The translations under genes were made by a program, and so were the position numbers. Below, one piece after another: positions 1 through 18,992 of a DNA stretch of 64,000 bases. The first letter of the stretch is position 1, and every line of letters starts with the position of its first letter. The DNA is from the human T2T-CHM13v2.0 reference genome, Homo sapiens: NCBI RefSeq assembly GCF_009914755.1, contig NC_060945.1; one strand, 5' to 3'. The notes under the pieces were generated by a model. The model was not told the origin of the DNA and did not search any database. It saw nothing but the letters and a program-made list of their open reading frames with translations.

Positions 1-69
1 ATGTCACTGAATCAAGAGAGTCTCGTGTCATGTTTTCTTTAACAAGGGACATAGCTCTCCTCCTTCCAG

Positions 70-144
70 ATCCTCCCCGGCGTGAAGGTCATCATCGCAC
101 ACACCGAGACCAAAGGACCCTTGGGAGACTCACACCTGGGAGAG
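70..144 (+). CDS. DIP2A: DIP2A internal coding exon (ILPGVKVIIAHTETKGPLGDSHLGE)
   Basis: Acceptor ctcctccttccAG at 68-69 and donor GTgagc at 145. 75 nt, phase 0/0. Splices in frame to the 1925 exon; peptide recognised as the DIP2A C-terminal AMP-binding-like domain. Confidence 0.96.
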
Positions 145-1924
145 GTGAGCAGGGGCCCATGGGAGGGGCTTGAGCTCTCCAGCCTCACCAGCTTCACCTT
201 CCTTCCCTTTTTGCTTCAGATTTTGGAATTCTAAACTTGCCTTTGGGAATCTACCAGAAACCATTTGGCCCTTGCCCCGTGTACCTCCCAGACCCAGTTC
301 CTATGTAGGATTTTGGGGTACTGTGGGACAAACTGCCTCATCCCTAGGTTGACCTAACCAAGAGAGGGGAACCCCTAGGTTTGAGGGCACTGACAGGTGA
401 GAGGAGCTGCACAGGAACCAGTGGCAGTGTGGAAAACAGCTACCTTGTGCAGGACCCAGCAGCTGCTACGTAAACGTGGTCCCTGGCACCCAGGCAGGAG
501 CACAGACACGGGGAACTGGCAATAGGGAACTCTGCACCAGAAGAGTTCAGGGCCTCCACCTGCAGCTGGGAGGTTTGGGGAGCTCAGAGCCCTTGTCCTG
601 AGGACACAGTGGAGGGTGCGGGTCTCCCTGAGAACACAGAGGCTATACAGGAATCCGTTGGGTTGAAATGTCTACATGTATTGCACGTACATCTTGCTGT
701 AATTTGGGACAGGCATGACTCATTATTTACAGGCAGTGGTGGCAGCTTGACGTGCAGTCCCGAATGTGCAGATTGATCTGTTGTCATGGGAGCATAAGGA
801 CTCACGTTCCTAGTCCTATCCTCTTGGGGAATGTGCTGTCAAATTGATGTCTTCAAACCAGGCGGGCACAGGCATCATTTGTGAGCTCTGCTGTGAAGCC
901 AGACTGGGGGCTTCCAGCAAGCCGTGCCCAGAGGGAAATCACTCAGCCTCAGCTGGCTTCTCCTGACTGGGACAAGGGTGTGAGCGTGCGGGCCCTCAGG
1001 TGGTCTTACCGTGTCCTGATGGGAAGGTGTCCTGGGTCCCAACCCTGAGTGTGGCTGGTGTGAGGGACCCTCCCCTCAACCGTCCCACTTCCTGCACAGC
1101 CAAACCCAGGTCTGTAAGTCAAGGGTGTACCCCCAAGAAATGGAGAGTCTGAGCCAGGCATGGTGACCCACCCTTGTGGCAGATGCTCAAGGGAAACGCC
1201 CCTATTGGCCACCCCGTTCTCCTCTTTCAGACGCTGCCATGCAGGGGCGTCTTAGAGCCAGTCGAACTGACCGTGGGTTCTGGACGGACTCTCTCTAGAA
1301 GGGCCCCATGACACTTGGTCCTGCAGGCACAGGCCTCTGGTCCCTTGGTCTCTGCATGGATGCACAAAATGCTTACGTGTGTAGATATGAGGGTGCACAC
1401 AAACACGTGGACAGGTGGATACACACACGTGAACACGGATAGCGGACGCACACACACGCGCGTGGGGCTGACGTTAACCCTGGGATGTGCCGTCTGTTTT
1501 CAGGGCCTCTGTCTTACTGTGAGTCTGAGCAGCTGCACGCTCTCCACTCTGTAAGAACCCTCATTCCTTCAGCCTGTCCCTGTTGTGGAATGTGGGTTGC
1601 TCCCGGCCCTCTCTTATTACCAACAATAGTTGGATGTGAGGAAGGTGGAATTGCCCCTCTCGACTTACCCACGTAGGATAGAGTCCTACAGATGACATTC
1701 TTGGGTCAAAGGAAGAAACACAGTATTTAAGGAGAGAAAAGTTCTGTTTGCTTTCTGTGCCTGTAATTTAACTTAGTTCATAAAATAAGAGACAATGAAT
1801 ATTATCCGCCCCGACTTCGTTCAGTGTTTTCTGGAGCATTATTCTTGGCCAGTGGATGTCTCGTGACAGAATCTGAACTCGGTGGTTGGTAACACATCAC
1901 ATTCTTGTCCTCTGGGCCCACCAG

Positions 1925-2099
1925 ATCTGGGTAAGCAGCCCCCACAATGCCACCGGGTACTACACCGTTTACGGGGAGGAGGCGCTTCATGCCGACCACT
2001 TCAGTGCCCGGCTGAGTTTTGGAGACACACAGACCATCTGGGCAAGGACCGGCTACCTTGGCTTCCTTCGGCGAACAGAGCTCACTGATGCCAGTGGAG
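1925..2099 (+). CDS. DIP2A: DIP2A internal coding exon (IWVSSPHNATGYY...RTGYLGFLRRTELTDASG)
   Basis: AG at 1923-1924 and GTgagg at 2100. 175 nt, phase 0/1. Lies within ORF 1886..2116. Confidence 0.97.
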
Positions 2100-2771
2100 G
2101 TGAGGGGTTGTGGTGAAGCCCTGCGTGAGTGCTGTGCGGGGAGGACCTGGGCTCCCCAAGAGCTTAGTCACCTGCTAGCACACCTCACTCCTTGCTGTGG
2201 TCTGGTATTGCTCCTTGTGGGGGGAAGATGTTCTGACAGCAGTTTTCTCTGAAAATACTGTTTTCCCTCCATGACTGCCCCTCACTGTCCTTGGGCCCTT
2301 GGCCTCTGCTGAGGGCGTGGGGGACGGTGTTGGTGATAAGGCTACCAGGCTTCTCCCCGAGGCCAGACCGGTCTCTCTGCCGCTGTGTCTTTACCAGTGG
2401 CTTCCCCATGCACAACCCATTTAAGGTTGTGGTCAATGTCCAGAGGACTCTGTGCAGCCACCACAAGCTGGCCAGATAAGGCAGAACTTTTGGTAGCTCC
2501 TATAGATGGTGTCCCGTTCACAGAGATAAGTTATTTTTAATAATACGCTCACACTTGCTGTAACTTTCCTGAGGTGGTTCCGTGCTGCAGAGATAACAGC
2601 CTGCTCTGCCAGGACCTCCATCACCCTTTCTGCACGTGGTGTGCGACCTCATGATGTTTCAGTTGAGACCTCCCTGTGCCTGAGAGCCCCTGGTTGGGCT
2701 CAGAGGATACGAATGTCCAGACTCTGCATGCCTTGGCTTTCTGGGCACGTGTAAACACACACTGTTCACAG

Positions 2772-2895
2772 GGCGGCACGATGCACTGTATGTGGTTGGG
2801 TCTCTGGATGAAACTCTGGAGCTCAGAGGCATGCGGTACCACCCCATCGACATTGAGACCTCTGTCATCCGAGCACACAGGAGCATCGCTGAGTG
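2772..2895 (+). CDS. DIP2A: DIP2A penultimate coding exon (GRHDALYVVGSLDETLELRGMRYHPIDIETSVIRAHRSIAEC)
   Basis: AG at 2770-2771 and GTaaga at 2896. 124 nt, phase 1/2. Keeps frame between the flanking exons. Confidence 0.96.
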
Positions 2896-3581
2896 GTAAG
2901 AGCCCAGGTGGAGGGCGGCTTCACGTGGTCCATCCAGCCCTTCCTCTGGGCATGAGTGCTGTGCATCGGTTGGAGCAGAGCAAGGACTGCTGGGCCCTGG
3001 GCACAGGCCTCCTGCATTGTCACCCTGGTCTGCAGTGGAGCTGGGTGCCATGTAGATGAGCCCTATCTACCTTGGGCATTGCCAGAGAGGGCTGAGGACT
3101 TCTTGTGGGTTCTCCCTCTGGATGTACTCTGCAAAACATGGTGCCAGAGCACACCTCACTGCCTGTGTTTGGGTTTGGCTTGTTTTTTTATCTGTTTCCT
3201 TATCAGTGGTAAGCTAAGAGATTGTCCCCAAATGCACAGGCAAAATGTAGATTTCCACAGGTCTCATCCTGAAGTGTTTCTACTTTTAATATGAGTTTCT
3301 CACATGGTTGTGACTCCTGATTCCTTCACCTGTAGGGAACTTGTGTTGGGACAGGTACAGCTTTCAGCATCAGATAATGCTCTGATTCTCAGTAAAAGCT
3401 TTAGTTGGAATAGACATCCTGTAAAATGGATCTGGCCTGATCTTTAGATTGTAAATGGCCTTAAATAGCTGTGTGACATTGGTGGGCTTCACTCTTCTTT
3501 GTGCCACCCTTTCCCAAGCATTCATTGGCCCCTGTGACCTGTGCCTGTATCCATGTGACCCAGTCTGTCTTCTCTCTGCAG

Positions 3582-3834
3582 TGCCGTATTCACCTGGACC
3601 AACCTGCTGGTGGTGGTGGTGGAGCTGGATGGGCTAGAGCAGGATGCCCTGGACCTGGTGGCCCTGGTGACCAACGTGGTGCTGGAGGAGCACTACCTGG
3701 TCGTGGGAGTGGTGGTCATCGTGGACCCAGGGGTGATCCCTATCAACTCTCGGGGTGAGAAGCAGCGCATGCACCTGCGGGACGGCTTCCTGGCTGACCA
3801 GCTGGACCCCATCTATGTCGCCTACAACATGTGA
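3582..3834 (+). CDS. DIP2A: DIP2A terminal coding exon (AVFTWTNLLVVVVELDG...LDPIYVAYNM*)
   Basis: Acceptor tctctctgcAG at 3580-3581; TGA at 3832-3834. The LDPIYVAYNM C-terminus is characteristic of the DIP2 family. Confidence 0.98.
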
Positions 3835-4450
3835 GCGCAGCACACCGGCCCAGGTGCCGGAGATGAATGAGCCCCAGCAGTCCAAGGTGTGATGTGGGAA
3901 GACACCGCAGAGCTCACTCACCGGGACTCGCCCTTCCTGTGCTCTTACAGATCCCTCTCAACAATCCCCGCATCTCCTTTTAGAAAGCACTTCCTGAATT
4001 ATTTAAAGAAATATTTTGAATCTGCCAAGTACATTTACAAAAACACGGATGCTGGTATTTTAACAGATGGAGAGACAAGGAAAGGAAAGGAAAGGCCTGG
4101 CATGGGCATTGTGAGGAATCACAGGCACCGAGGTTGTTCTCTGCTGTACTGCAAGTTTGCACTTTCTTTAGGCTAAAAATATAGTTCCTGATTTTTAAAA
4201 TTCAGTTATTTATTCCCACTTCAAATGACAAGTTCATATATAGAATTTACGGGAGAAACTTGAGACCATTTACGGGGAGAAATTTGATTCTGGGAAGATA
4301 GCAGAGTACAAACCAGCTGCCTCACTTCTGTTTCACAGGGAGGCTGATGGAAAAAGGAAGCAAGCTGGACCCATCCTCCCTGCTCACAGAGGGCACTGTG
4401 GTCACACACAGTGCCTCCTCTGCCAGTTCCTTTATTGAAAGAGGTGTGCT

Positions 4451-4760
<310 letters not shown>

Positions 4761-5895
4761 TCAGCATGTATTGTCACGGACACTCAATAAGTGCCATTTT
4801 GGACTGTCAAATTTAGATGCTTTGTTTCAGAAAGATAAGCCAGCATTTAGTTTTAAATCACTTTCCTGGTTTGTAACTTGATGCTGTTTAGTTAAATTGC
4901 TAGTTTTCCTAACACTACAATATTAATTCTTCTCGTGGAAGTGTACTGATTTATTATTTTTATTCCAAGTCAGCAGATTTGGAAGCATTGTGGTAAAGTC
5001 TAAGGTTTTCATATCCATAGTGCTGTTTGGTGAGTACCGGCAGTACAGTTGAGGGGAGCAGGGAACAGCATTGCCCCGTATTGAAGGTGGAGATGGTTAC
5101 ATTCTTCACTGCTTTTTGCATTTTGAGTTGTGTGCCTATAAAATTTGGCCAAACCATTTTATTATTTTGTTCAAACTTGACTAAGCTGAGTGATCTAAAA
5201 TTATACAGAACCTAAATCAAAGAAGAGAATGTAAAGTCCTTTAGTTACTTCTAAGAATTTGAAGTCAAGCACGAATCTAAGACATAGATTATTTTTATAT
5301 AGCTAATGAAGAGTATGTTACGAAATTGTTGGGTTTTTGGGGTATTGAGGGTGGCAAATTTTGTGAATCATGCATGCTTCACAGAAACAACCAGGTTTTT
5401 CCAGAATTAGTCTGGATCAGTGCCTAACAAAGCTGTTATTAATTCTCCACACATGAGTCTGGCTAACTGGGCCAGCTCTCATGTTTTACTCCTGTCTGGC
5501 TACAAATAGCACTGTGCATAGTAGCCCTGTTTCCCCATGGTGTTGGACTGTGGTAAAGTATGTTGTGACATACTGGAATTCTAATAATCCTGTTGTAAGT
5601 ATGTACAGAATCTATGTAACTTATTGTTGACATACAGAGGTTTGGGAAGTAGTCTAATGGACATTCCTTACAATAGAATGGCTGGGAAGGGAAAGAAAAA
5701 AAAAAAAACTACCTAACTCCAATCTTAATGTTGTAGTTTTATAGCAAACAAAAATTGTCAGCTTTTTGTATTGAAAGGTCAGTGGTGGTAAGACAAGGTG
5801 TCTTGTAAATTAAGATTTTAAGAAGTGCATTAAAATGTTTTAGAATTACTCTGGGAATTCTGTATATCACACTAAAATTTTTATATCATTATGTT

Positions 5896-5901
5896 AATAA
5901 A
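5896..5901 (+). terminator. DIP2A: Likely DIP2A polyadenylation signal AATAAA
   Basis: First canonical hexamer seen after the UTR body, followed by ttgactttgtaattctgcattttg. A second AATAAA lies at 6201-6206. Confidence 0.7.
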
Positions 5902-7208
5902 AGTTATTGACTTTGTAATTCTGCATTTTGAAATGTGTGAAAAGGGTCTTTAAATTACCCCGAATAGGTTGTATCTTATTTTGCTTTTTTTCTGACTATA
6001 AAAGCAGTTATGCTTATAGCATAAAATCTAGAAAGCACATTAAAGTATAAAGAAAATTAAAATTTCTTATAATTCTACCTCTGAGTAAACAGCAGCATTC
6101 ATATGTAACATAAACCCTCTCAGGGATTTATTTTTTCTTTTTAAAAATTTTTTACAAAATTAGGATCAAGTGCTTTTTTAAATAATTTGCTTTTGTACTT
6201 AATAAATTATAGACTTTAAAATCTATTACATATATTCTTCTACATGTTTCAGTGGCTGTATTTTACAAGTGTGCCATGAGTAAATGTAGTATTTGCTGTA
6301 TTGCTGTACATCAGCGTTGTTTCAACAGGACTGCAGTGAGCCCAGATGCACGTTTACACTGCCATGATTACAATTACTGCCTTGGGCTCAGTTCTTATAG
6401 GTAGAGTGAGTGGGTCAGAGTTCATGCCAGGTGTGAAGCTTTGGGTACCTGCTGCCCTCCAGAAGGGCAGGATGACAGCATGGAAAAGGCCTCTTTGCAG
6501 ATGCCAAGTAATGTTGGCAATGGACATGTGCTCAAGATTAAAATAACTCTTTAACAATTTGATAGGCAAATAAGTGTTGTGTCTGGTCATGTTGAATATG
6601 TCCTCGTGTTCATGGCCATTTTTAGTTCTTATCTGATGTATTTTGTTCAGATTTGGCAGTCCTTATGGTCAAGTTTTTTCTTACTGACATGTAGGAGTCT
6701 CTTTCTATTAAGAATTATAACCTCCATATACTTCTTACTTTTTCTTGTGGGTTATTTGTATTTTGGTTCTATCTGTTTTGGTGCAGATGGTTTTTTAGAT
6801 GTTATATTTATGCAAACTGGTTATTGTGTTTGATTTCAGATTATGAATATAGCTGATTTATTTCAAAGTGGTTCTACTGGAATGATCAGCATAAACCAAT
6901 GGGGAGTACATGGCAGAGAAATAACTAACCTCCAGTATTTGCCTGGTTCCTGCCACAGTGCTGGCCTTCATGTTGGCAGTTCCAGAAGTGGGGTTGAGGG
7001 AGAGAGAGAATACTTGAAGAAATAATGGCTGAAGACTTCCTAAATTTGATGAAAGACCTGAATATAAGCATCCAAGTAGCTCAACAAATTCCAAGTAAGA
7101 TGAACTCAAAGAGACCACACAGATACCAACATTTCAGAAGCCAAAGCCAGAGAATTTTGAAAGCAACAAGGGAGAAGCAACTTGCTACATACAAAGGATC
7201 CTCAGTAA

Positions 7209-7544
7209 CAGGACCCCAAGCCCTGGGCCACAGACTGTTAACAGTCTGTTAGGTACCAGACCACACAGCAAGAGGTGAGTGGTGGGTGAGTGAGCATTAC
7301 CACCTGAGCTCTGCCTCCTGTCAGATCAGTGGTGACATTAGATTTTCATAGGCATGCAAGCCTTCTTATGAACTAACTGCACGTGCCAGGGATCGAGGTT
7401 GCACACTCCTTATAAGAATCTAATGCCTGATGATCTGAGGTGGGACAGTTCCATTCCAAAACCATCGTCCTGTGCCCCCTGGTCTGTGGAATAATTGTCT
7501 TCCACAAAACCAGTCGCTGGTGCCAAAAAGGTTGGGGACTGCTG
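7209..7544 (+). mobile_element. MER1B (hAT-Charlie non-autonomous DNA transposon)
   Basis: Termini caggacccc...ggttggggactgctg with a body matching the recalled MER1B consensus. 8-bp TSD ctcagtaa (7201-7208) / ctcaataa (7545-7552). L1 ORF1 resumes on both sides. Confidence 0.9.
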
Positions 7545-7611
7545 CTCAATAAGATTATCAGCAGATTGCTCATCAGAAACTAGAGGCCAGAAGGTAGTGG
7601 GCCAATATATT

Positions 7612-8315
7612 GAAATTTAAAGTAGTTTTTTCTAATTCTGTGAAGAAAGTCAATGGTAGCTTGATGGGGATAGCATTGAATTTATAAATTATTTTGGGCA
7701 GTATGGCCATTTTCACGATATTGGTTCTTCCTATCCATGAACATGGGATGTTTTTCCATTTGTTTGCATCCTCTCCTATTCCCTTGTGCAGTGGTTTGTA
7801 GTTCTCCTTGAAGAGGTCCTTCACATCCCTTGTAAGTTGTATTCCTAGGTATTTCATTATCTTAGTAGCAATTGTGAATGGGAGTTCACTCATCATTTGG
7901 CTCTCTGTTTGTCTGTTATTGGTGTATAAGAATGCTTGTGATTTTTGCACATTGATTTTGTATCCTGAAACTTTGCCGAAGTTGCTTATCAGAGTAAGGA
8001 GATTTTGGGCTGAGATGATGGGGTTTTCTAAATATACAATCATGTCATCTGCAAACAGAGACAATTTGACTTCCTCTTTTCCTATTTGAATATGCTTTGT
8101 TTCTTTCTCTTGCCTGTTTGCCCTGACCAGAACTTCCAATACTATGTTGAGTAGGAGTGGTGAGAAAGAGCATCCTTGTCTTGTGCCGGTTTTCAAAGGG
8201 AATCCTTCCTAGTTTTTGCCCATTCAGTATGATACTGGCTGTGGGTTTGTCATAAATAGCTCTTATTATTTTGAGATATGGTCCACCAATACCTAGTTTA
8301 TTGACAGGTTTTAGC
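7612..8315 (-). mobile_element. Internal L1PA ORF2 (RT domain) fragment with no 3'UTR or polyA
   Basis: ORF 7573..8196 contains GTRQGC..PLL and [13 protein letters not shown] (L1 RT motifs). Confidence 0.9.
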
Positions 8316-9310
8316 TTTTAATAATAAAGTTTATAATGTAAAAAATAAAAAATTTTTAGAGAAAAAAGTTTATAAAGATGTCTAAAAATGTTTTGCACAG
8401 TTGTACAATGTGTTTTAAGCTAAATGTTTTTACAAAATAGCCAAAAACTTAAAAACATTTGAAAGTTTATAAAGTTACGGTAAGCTAAGGTTAATTTATT
8501 ATTGAAGAAAAATTATGTTTAGTGTAGTCTAAGTGTACAATGTTTATAAAGTCTATAGTAGTGTACAGTAATGTCCTAGGCCTTCACATTCATTCACCAC
8601 TTACACCCAAAATAACTTTGAGTTCTACCAGCTCCATTAATGGTAAGTACTTACTATGATTTGAGTGACCCCCAATGTGGCAGTATTAAGAGGTGGGGCC
8701 CTTAAGAGGTGATTGGATTAATCTATTCAAGGATTGATAGATTAATGGATTATCATGGGAATGGGGCTGATGGCTTTGTAAGAAGATGAAGACCTGAGCT
8801 AGCATGCTCAGCGCCCCCACCATATGATGCCCTGCACTACCTTGGGAGTCTGCAGAGAGTCCCTACCAGCAAGAAGACCCTGACCTGATGTGGCCCTCAA
8901 CCTTGGACTTCTCAGCTGCTATAATTCTAAGAAATAAATTCATGTTTTTCTTATAATGTAGCCAATTTCAGGTGTTCTGTTATAAGCAACATACAATGGA
9001 CTGAGTGCCCTGTACAAGTGTACTGATTTTAATCCTTTATACTGTATTTTTACTACCTTTTCTAAATTTGGACATGTGTTTAGATATACAAATACCAGTG
9101 CATTACAATTGCCTACAGTATTTTGTACAGTTACATGGTGGACAGGTTTGTAACCCAGGAGCAATAGGCTATATCATATAGCCTAGGTGTGTTGTAGGCT
9201 AGGTTTGTGTAGATACATATACACTGTATGTTGTTCCCCCAATGATGAAATCACCTAAAAACACATTTCTCAGAACATATTTCTGTTGTTAAGTAATGCA
9301 TGGCTGTATG
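8316..9310 (+). mobile_element. Tigger3b/MER7-like DNA transposon (5' part missing), split by an MST LTR
   Basis: Homologous to 54320-55553 (gtgtacagtaatgtcctaggccttcacattca); ends ...gcatggctgta. Confidence 0.8.
8652..9004 (+). mobile_element. ERVL-MaLR solo LTR (MSTC/MSTD-like)
   Basis: MaLR hallmarks gaggtgggg..aagaggtgatt, ttggacttctcagc, aataaa and gttataagcaac...ggactga. Confidence 0.8.
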
Positions 9311-9588
9311 CACAAAAGGAAGTGAGAAAGGGATTTAAATGTTTCATTAAAAAAAAACACAGAAGGGCGCAATACAAGAAATGAAAAAGATATAAGGCAT
9401 ATAGAATATGAAGTGACAGAAGTAAGTCTCTCCTTATTGATAATTACTTTATCTGTAAATAGATTAAATGGACAGAGATTGGCAGAATGGGGAAAAAACA
9501 GGATCTAACTGTATGCTGTCTACAAGAGACTCACATCCAAAGACACAGTATTAATATATTGAGAGTGACAGGATGGAAAAATATATTC

Positions 9589-9854
9589 ACTGGGCACAGT
9601 GGCTCATGTCTGTAATCCCAGCGCTTTGGGAGGCTGAGGCAGGTGGTTTTCTTGAGCCCAGGAATTTGAGACCAGCCTAGGCAACATGAAGAGACCACAT
9701 CTCTACCAAAAAAATACAAAAATTAGCTGGGCATTGTGGCTTTCTCAGGAGGCTGAGGTGGGAATATTCCTTGAGCCTGATGGGTGGAGATTGCAGTGCA
9801 CCAAGATCACAACACTGTACTCCAGCCTGGGAGACAGAGTAAGACCCTCTCTCA

Positions 9855-9909
<55 letters not shown>
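9589..9909 (+). mobile_element. AluJ with 54-nt pure A tail
   Basis: AluJ-type gagcccagga..ttgagaccagcctaggcaacat; A run at 9856-9909. Confidence 0.9.
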
Positions 9910-9911
<2 letters not shown>

Positions 9912-12356
9912 TATTCCATGCAAATAGTAATCAACAGGGAGCAGAGGTAGCTATAATAATATAGTTTAAATAAAAAATGATTACAAGAAATGATGGACAT
10001 TAATAAAAGATTCAATTCAGCAAGATGTAACAATTGTAAACATTTACACATACAATGACAGATCATCAAAATATATGAAATGAAAACTGACAATAGAAGG
10101 GAGAAAGGAGAAATAGACAGTTCTATAATAATAGTTGGAAATGTCAGTGCCCTGCTTTGAATAATGGATGGAACAATAAGACATAAGTAAGGAAATGGAG
10201 GCTTTAAACAGCACAACAAACTAACTAGATCTAACAGACATATGCAGAACATTCTACCCAACAATAAAAATAGAATACACATTCTTCTCAAGTTCACATG
10301 GAACATTTTCCAGGATAGACAACATGTTAGGCCACAAATTAAGTCTCAATAGATTTAAAAATATACAAAGTCTCTCCTTAAACCAAACTGGGATAAAGTT
10401 AAAAATCTATAGCAGAAGGAAAACTGAGAAAATACAGAAATTAGTGAAAATTAACACACTTTCAAACAACCAATGGATCAAAGAAGAAATAACAAGAAAA
10501 ATTAGAAAATACTTGGAAATAAAAACAATGTACCAAAACTTATGGGACCCAGCAAAAGCAGTGCTAAAGAAGCAATTTATAGCTATAAATGCTTACATTA
10601 AAAACCAAGAAGGACCTCAAATTAACAAACTAACATTACAACTTAAGAAACTAAAAAAGAAGAACAAACTAAACCCAAAGTTAGCAGAAGTAAGGATTAG
10701 TGCAGAAATAGATGAGAGACAATAGAAAAACAGAGAAAATCAAGAAAGCCAAAAATGGTTTCTTTGAAAAGATCAACAAAATTGACATTTTAGCTAGATG
10801 GACCAAGAAAAAAAGAAGACAGATTACTAAAATCAGAAATAAAATTGGAAACGTTACCAATTCTACAGTAATAAAAAGCATTAAAAAATACTATGCACAA
10901 TTGTATGCCAACAAATGGAAAAACCTAGAATAGACAAGTTCCTAAAAACACAAAACATATCAAGACTAATCATGAAGAAATAGAAAATCTGAGTAGACCT
11001 ATAACTAGTAAGGAGATTGATTTAAGTAATAAAAGATCTATTGACAAAAACCTGATGGCTTCATTGGTGAATTCTACCAAACATTTAAATAACTAACACT
11101 AATCCTTTTTAAACTTTTTCAGAAAGTTGAGGGAAAACTTTCAAACTTACTCTATGAGGCAAGCATTATCCTGATACTGGAACCAGTCAGACACTACAAA
11201 AACAGAAAACTACAGACCATGATTCCTTCTGAACATTGATGTAAAAATCCTCAATAAAATACTAGCAAACTGACTTCAGCAGCATATTAAAAACACTATA
11301 TAGCATTACAAAGTGGGGTTTACTCCTGGAATGTAAGGATGATTCAATATATAAAACAATCAATGTAATAAACCATATTAATGGAATGAAGGGGAAAAAC
11401 CACATGTGATCGTCTCGATTGATGCAGCAAAGGCATTTGGCAAAATTCAGTACCCTATAATGATTAAAGAAAAAAACAACTAGGAATAAAAGGAAACTAC
11501 TTCAACATAATGAAGTCCATATATGAAAATCCACAACAAACATCATACTCAGTAGTGAAAATCTGCAGAAGCTTTTTCTGATAAGATCAGAAACACAGCA
11601 AGGATGACTGCGTTTGTCACTTCCACTCAACACAGAACTGGAAGCTCTTAGAGCAATTAGGCAAGAAAAAAAGGATTCTAAATTGGAAAGAAACAATTCA
11701 AATTATCTCTGCCAATGATATAATCTCATATGTAGAAAGGCCTAAAGATTCCACAAAAAAAAGTAGCACTAATAAATTTAGCAACATAGCAGGATACAAG
11801 GTCAACACACAAAAATAGTTGCATTTTCATACACTCACAATGAACAATTCGAAAAGGAAATCAGGAAAACAATTCCATTGACAATAGCATCAAAAAATAT
11901 TTAGGAATTAACCAAGGAGATGAAAGACTTATAAAATGAAAAGTACAAAACATTGAATGGAAAACATCGAACAATACAAAGAAATAAGTGGAAAGACATC
12001 TTATGTTCATGGATTGGAAGTCTTAATATTGTTAAGATGTCAGTACTACTCAAAGCCATCTACAGATTCAAGGCAGTCCCTATCCAAATTCTAATTATGG
12101 TTTTTGCAGAAAGACTAACTCATTCTAAAATTGATATAGAATCTAAAGACACTCTGAATAAACAAAGCAATTTTGAAAAAGAAAAAGCTGTAAGACAGTT
12201 CTCCAAATAAGATATACAAAAGGTATACACCTTTGAAAAATGAAAGCAAAATAAGGACATTCTTAGATAAGCAAATTTTGTTGTTGGCTGACATCACCAT
12301 AAATACTAAAGAAAGTCCATCAGACTGAAAGCAAGTGACCCCCGATGGCAATTTTT

Positions 12357-18992
<6,636 letters not shown>

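Larger units (their letters stand above)
6978..12190 (+). mobile_element. Old L1M element (ORF1 remnant, inter-ORF, ORF2 EN/RT remnants), interrupted by MER1B, an L1PA fragment, Tigger3b/MST and AluJ
   Basis: ORF 7025..7252 resembles L1 ORF1. ORFs 10324, 10712 and 11953 resemble L1 ORF2. Many stops and frameshifts. Confidence 0.85.

Noticed and set aside
1212-1525. Strong acceptor at 1229-1230, CACGTG pair and short alternating purine-pyrimidine run (1446-1464) in a DIP2A intron
   Set aside because: No convincing matched donor or frame; CA/GT-rich low-complexity DNA generates these motifs by chance.
9677-10306. 209-aa ORF with poly-Phe (and poly-Lys on the other strand)
   Set aside because: Translation of the Alu A54 tail plus antisense L1.
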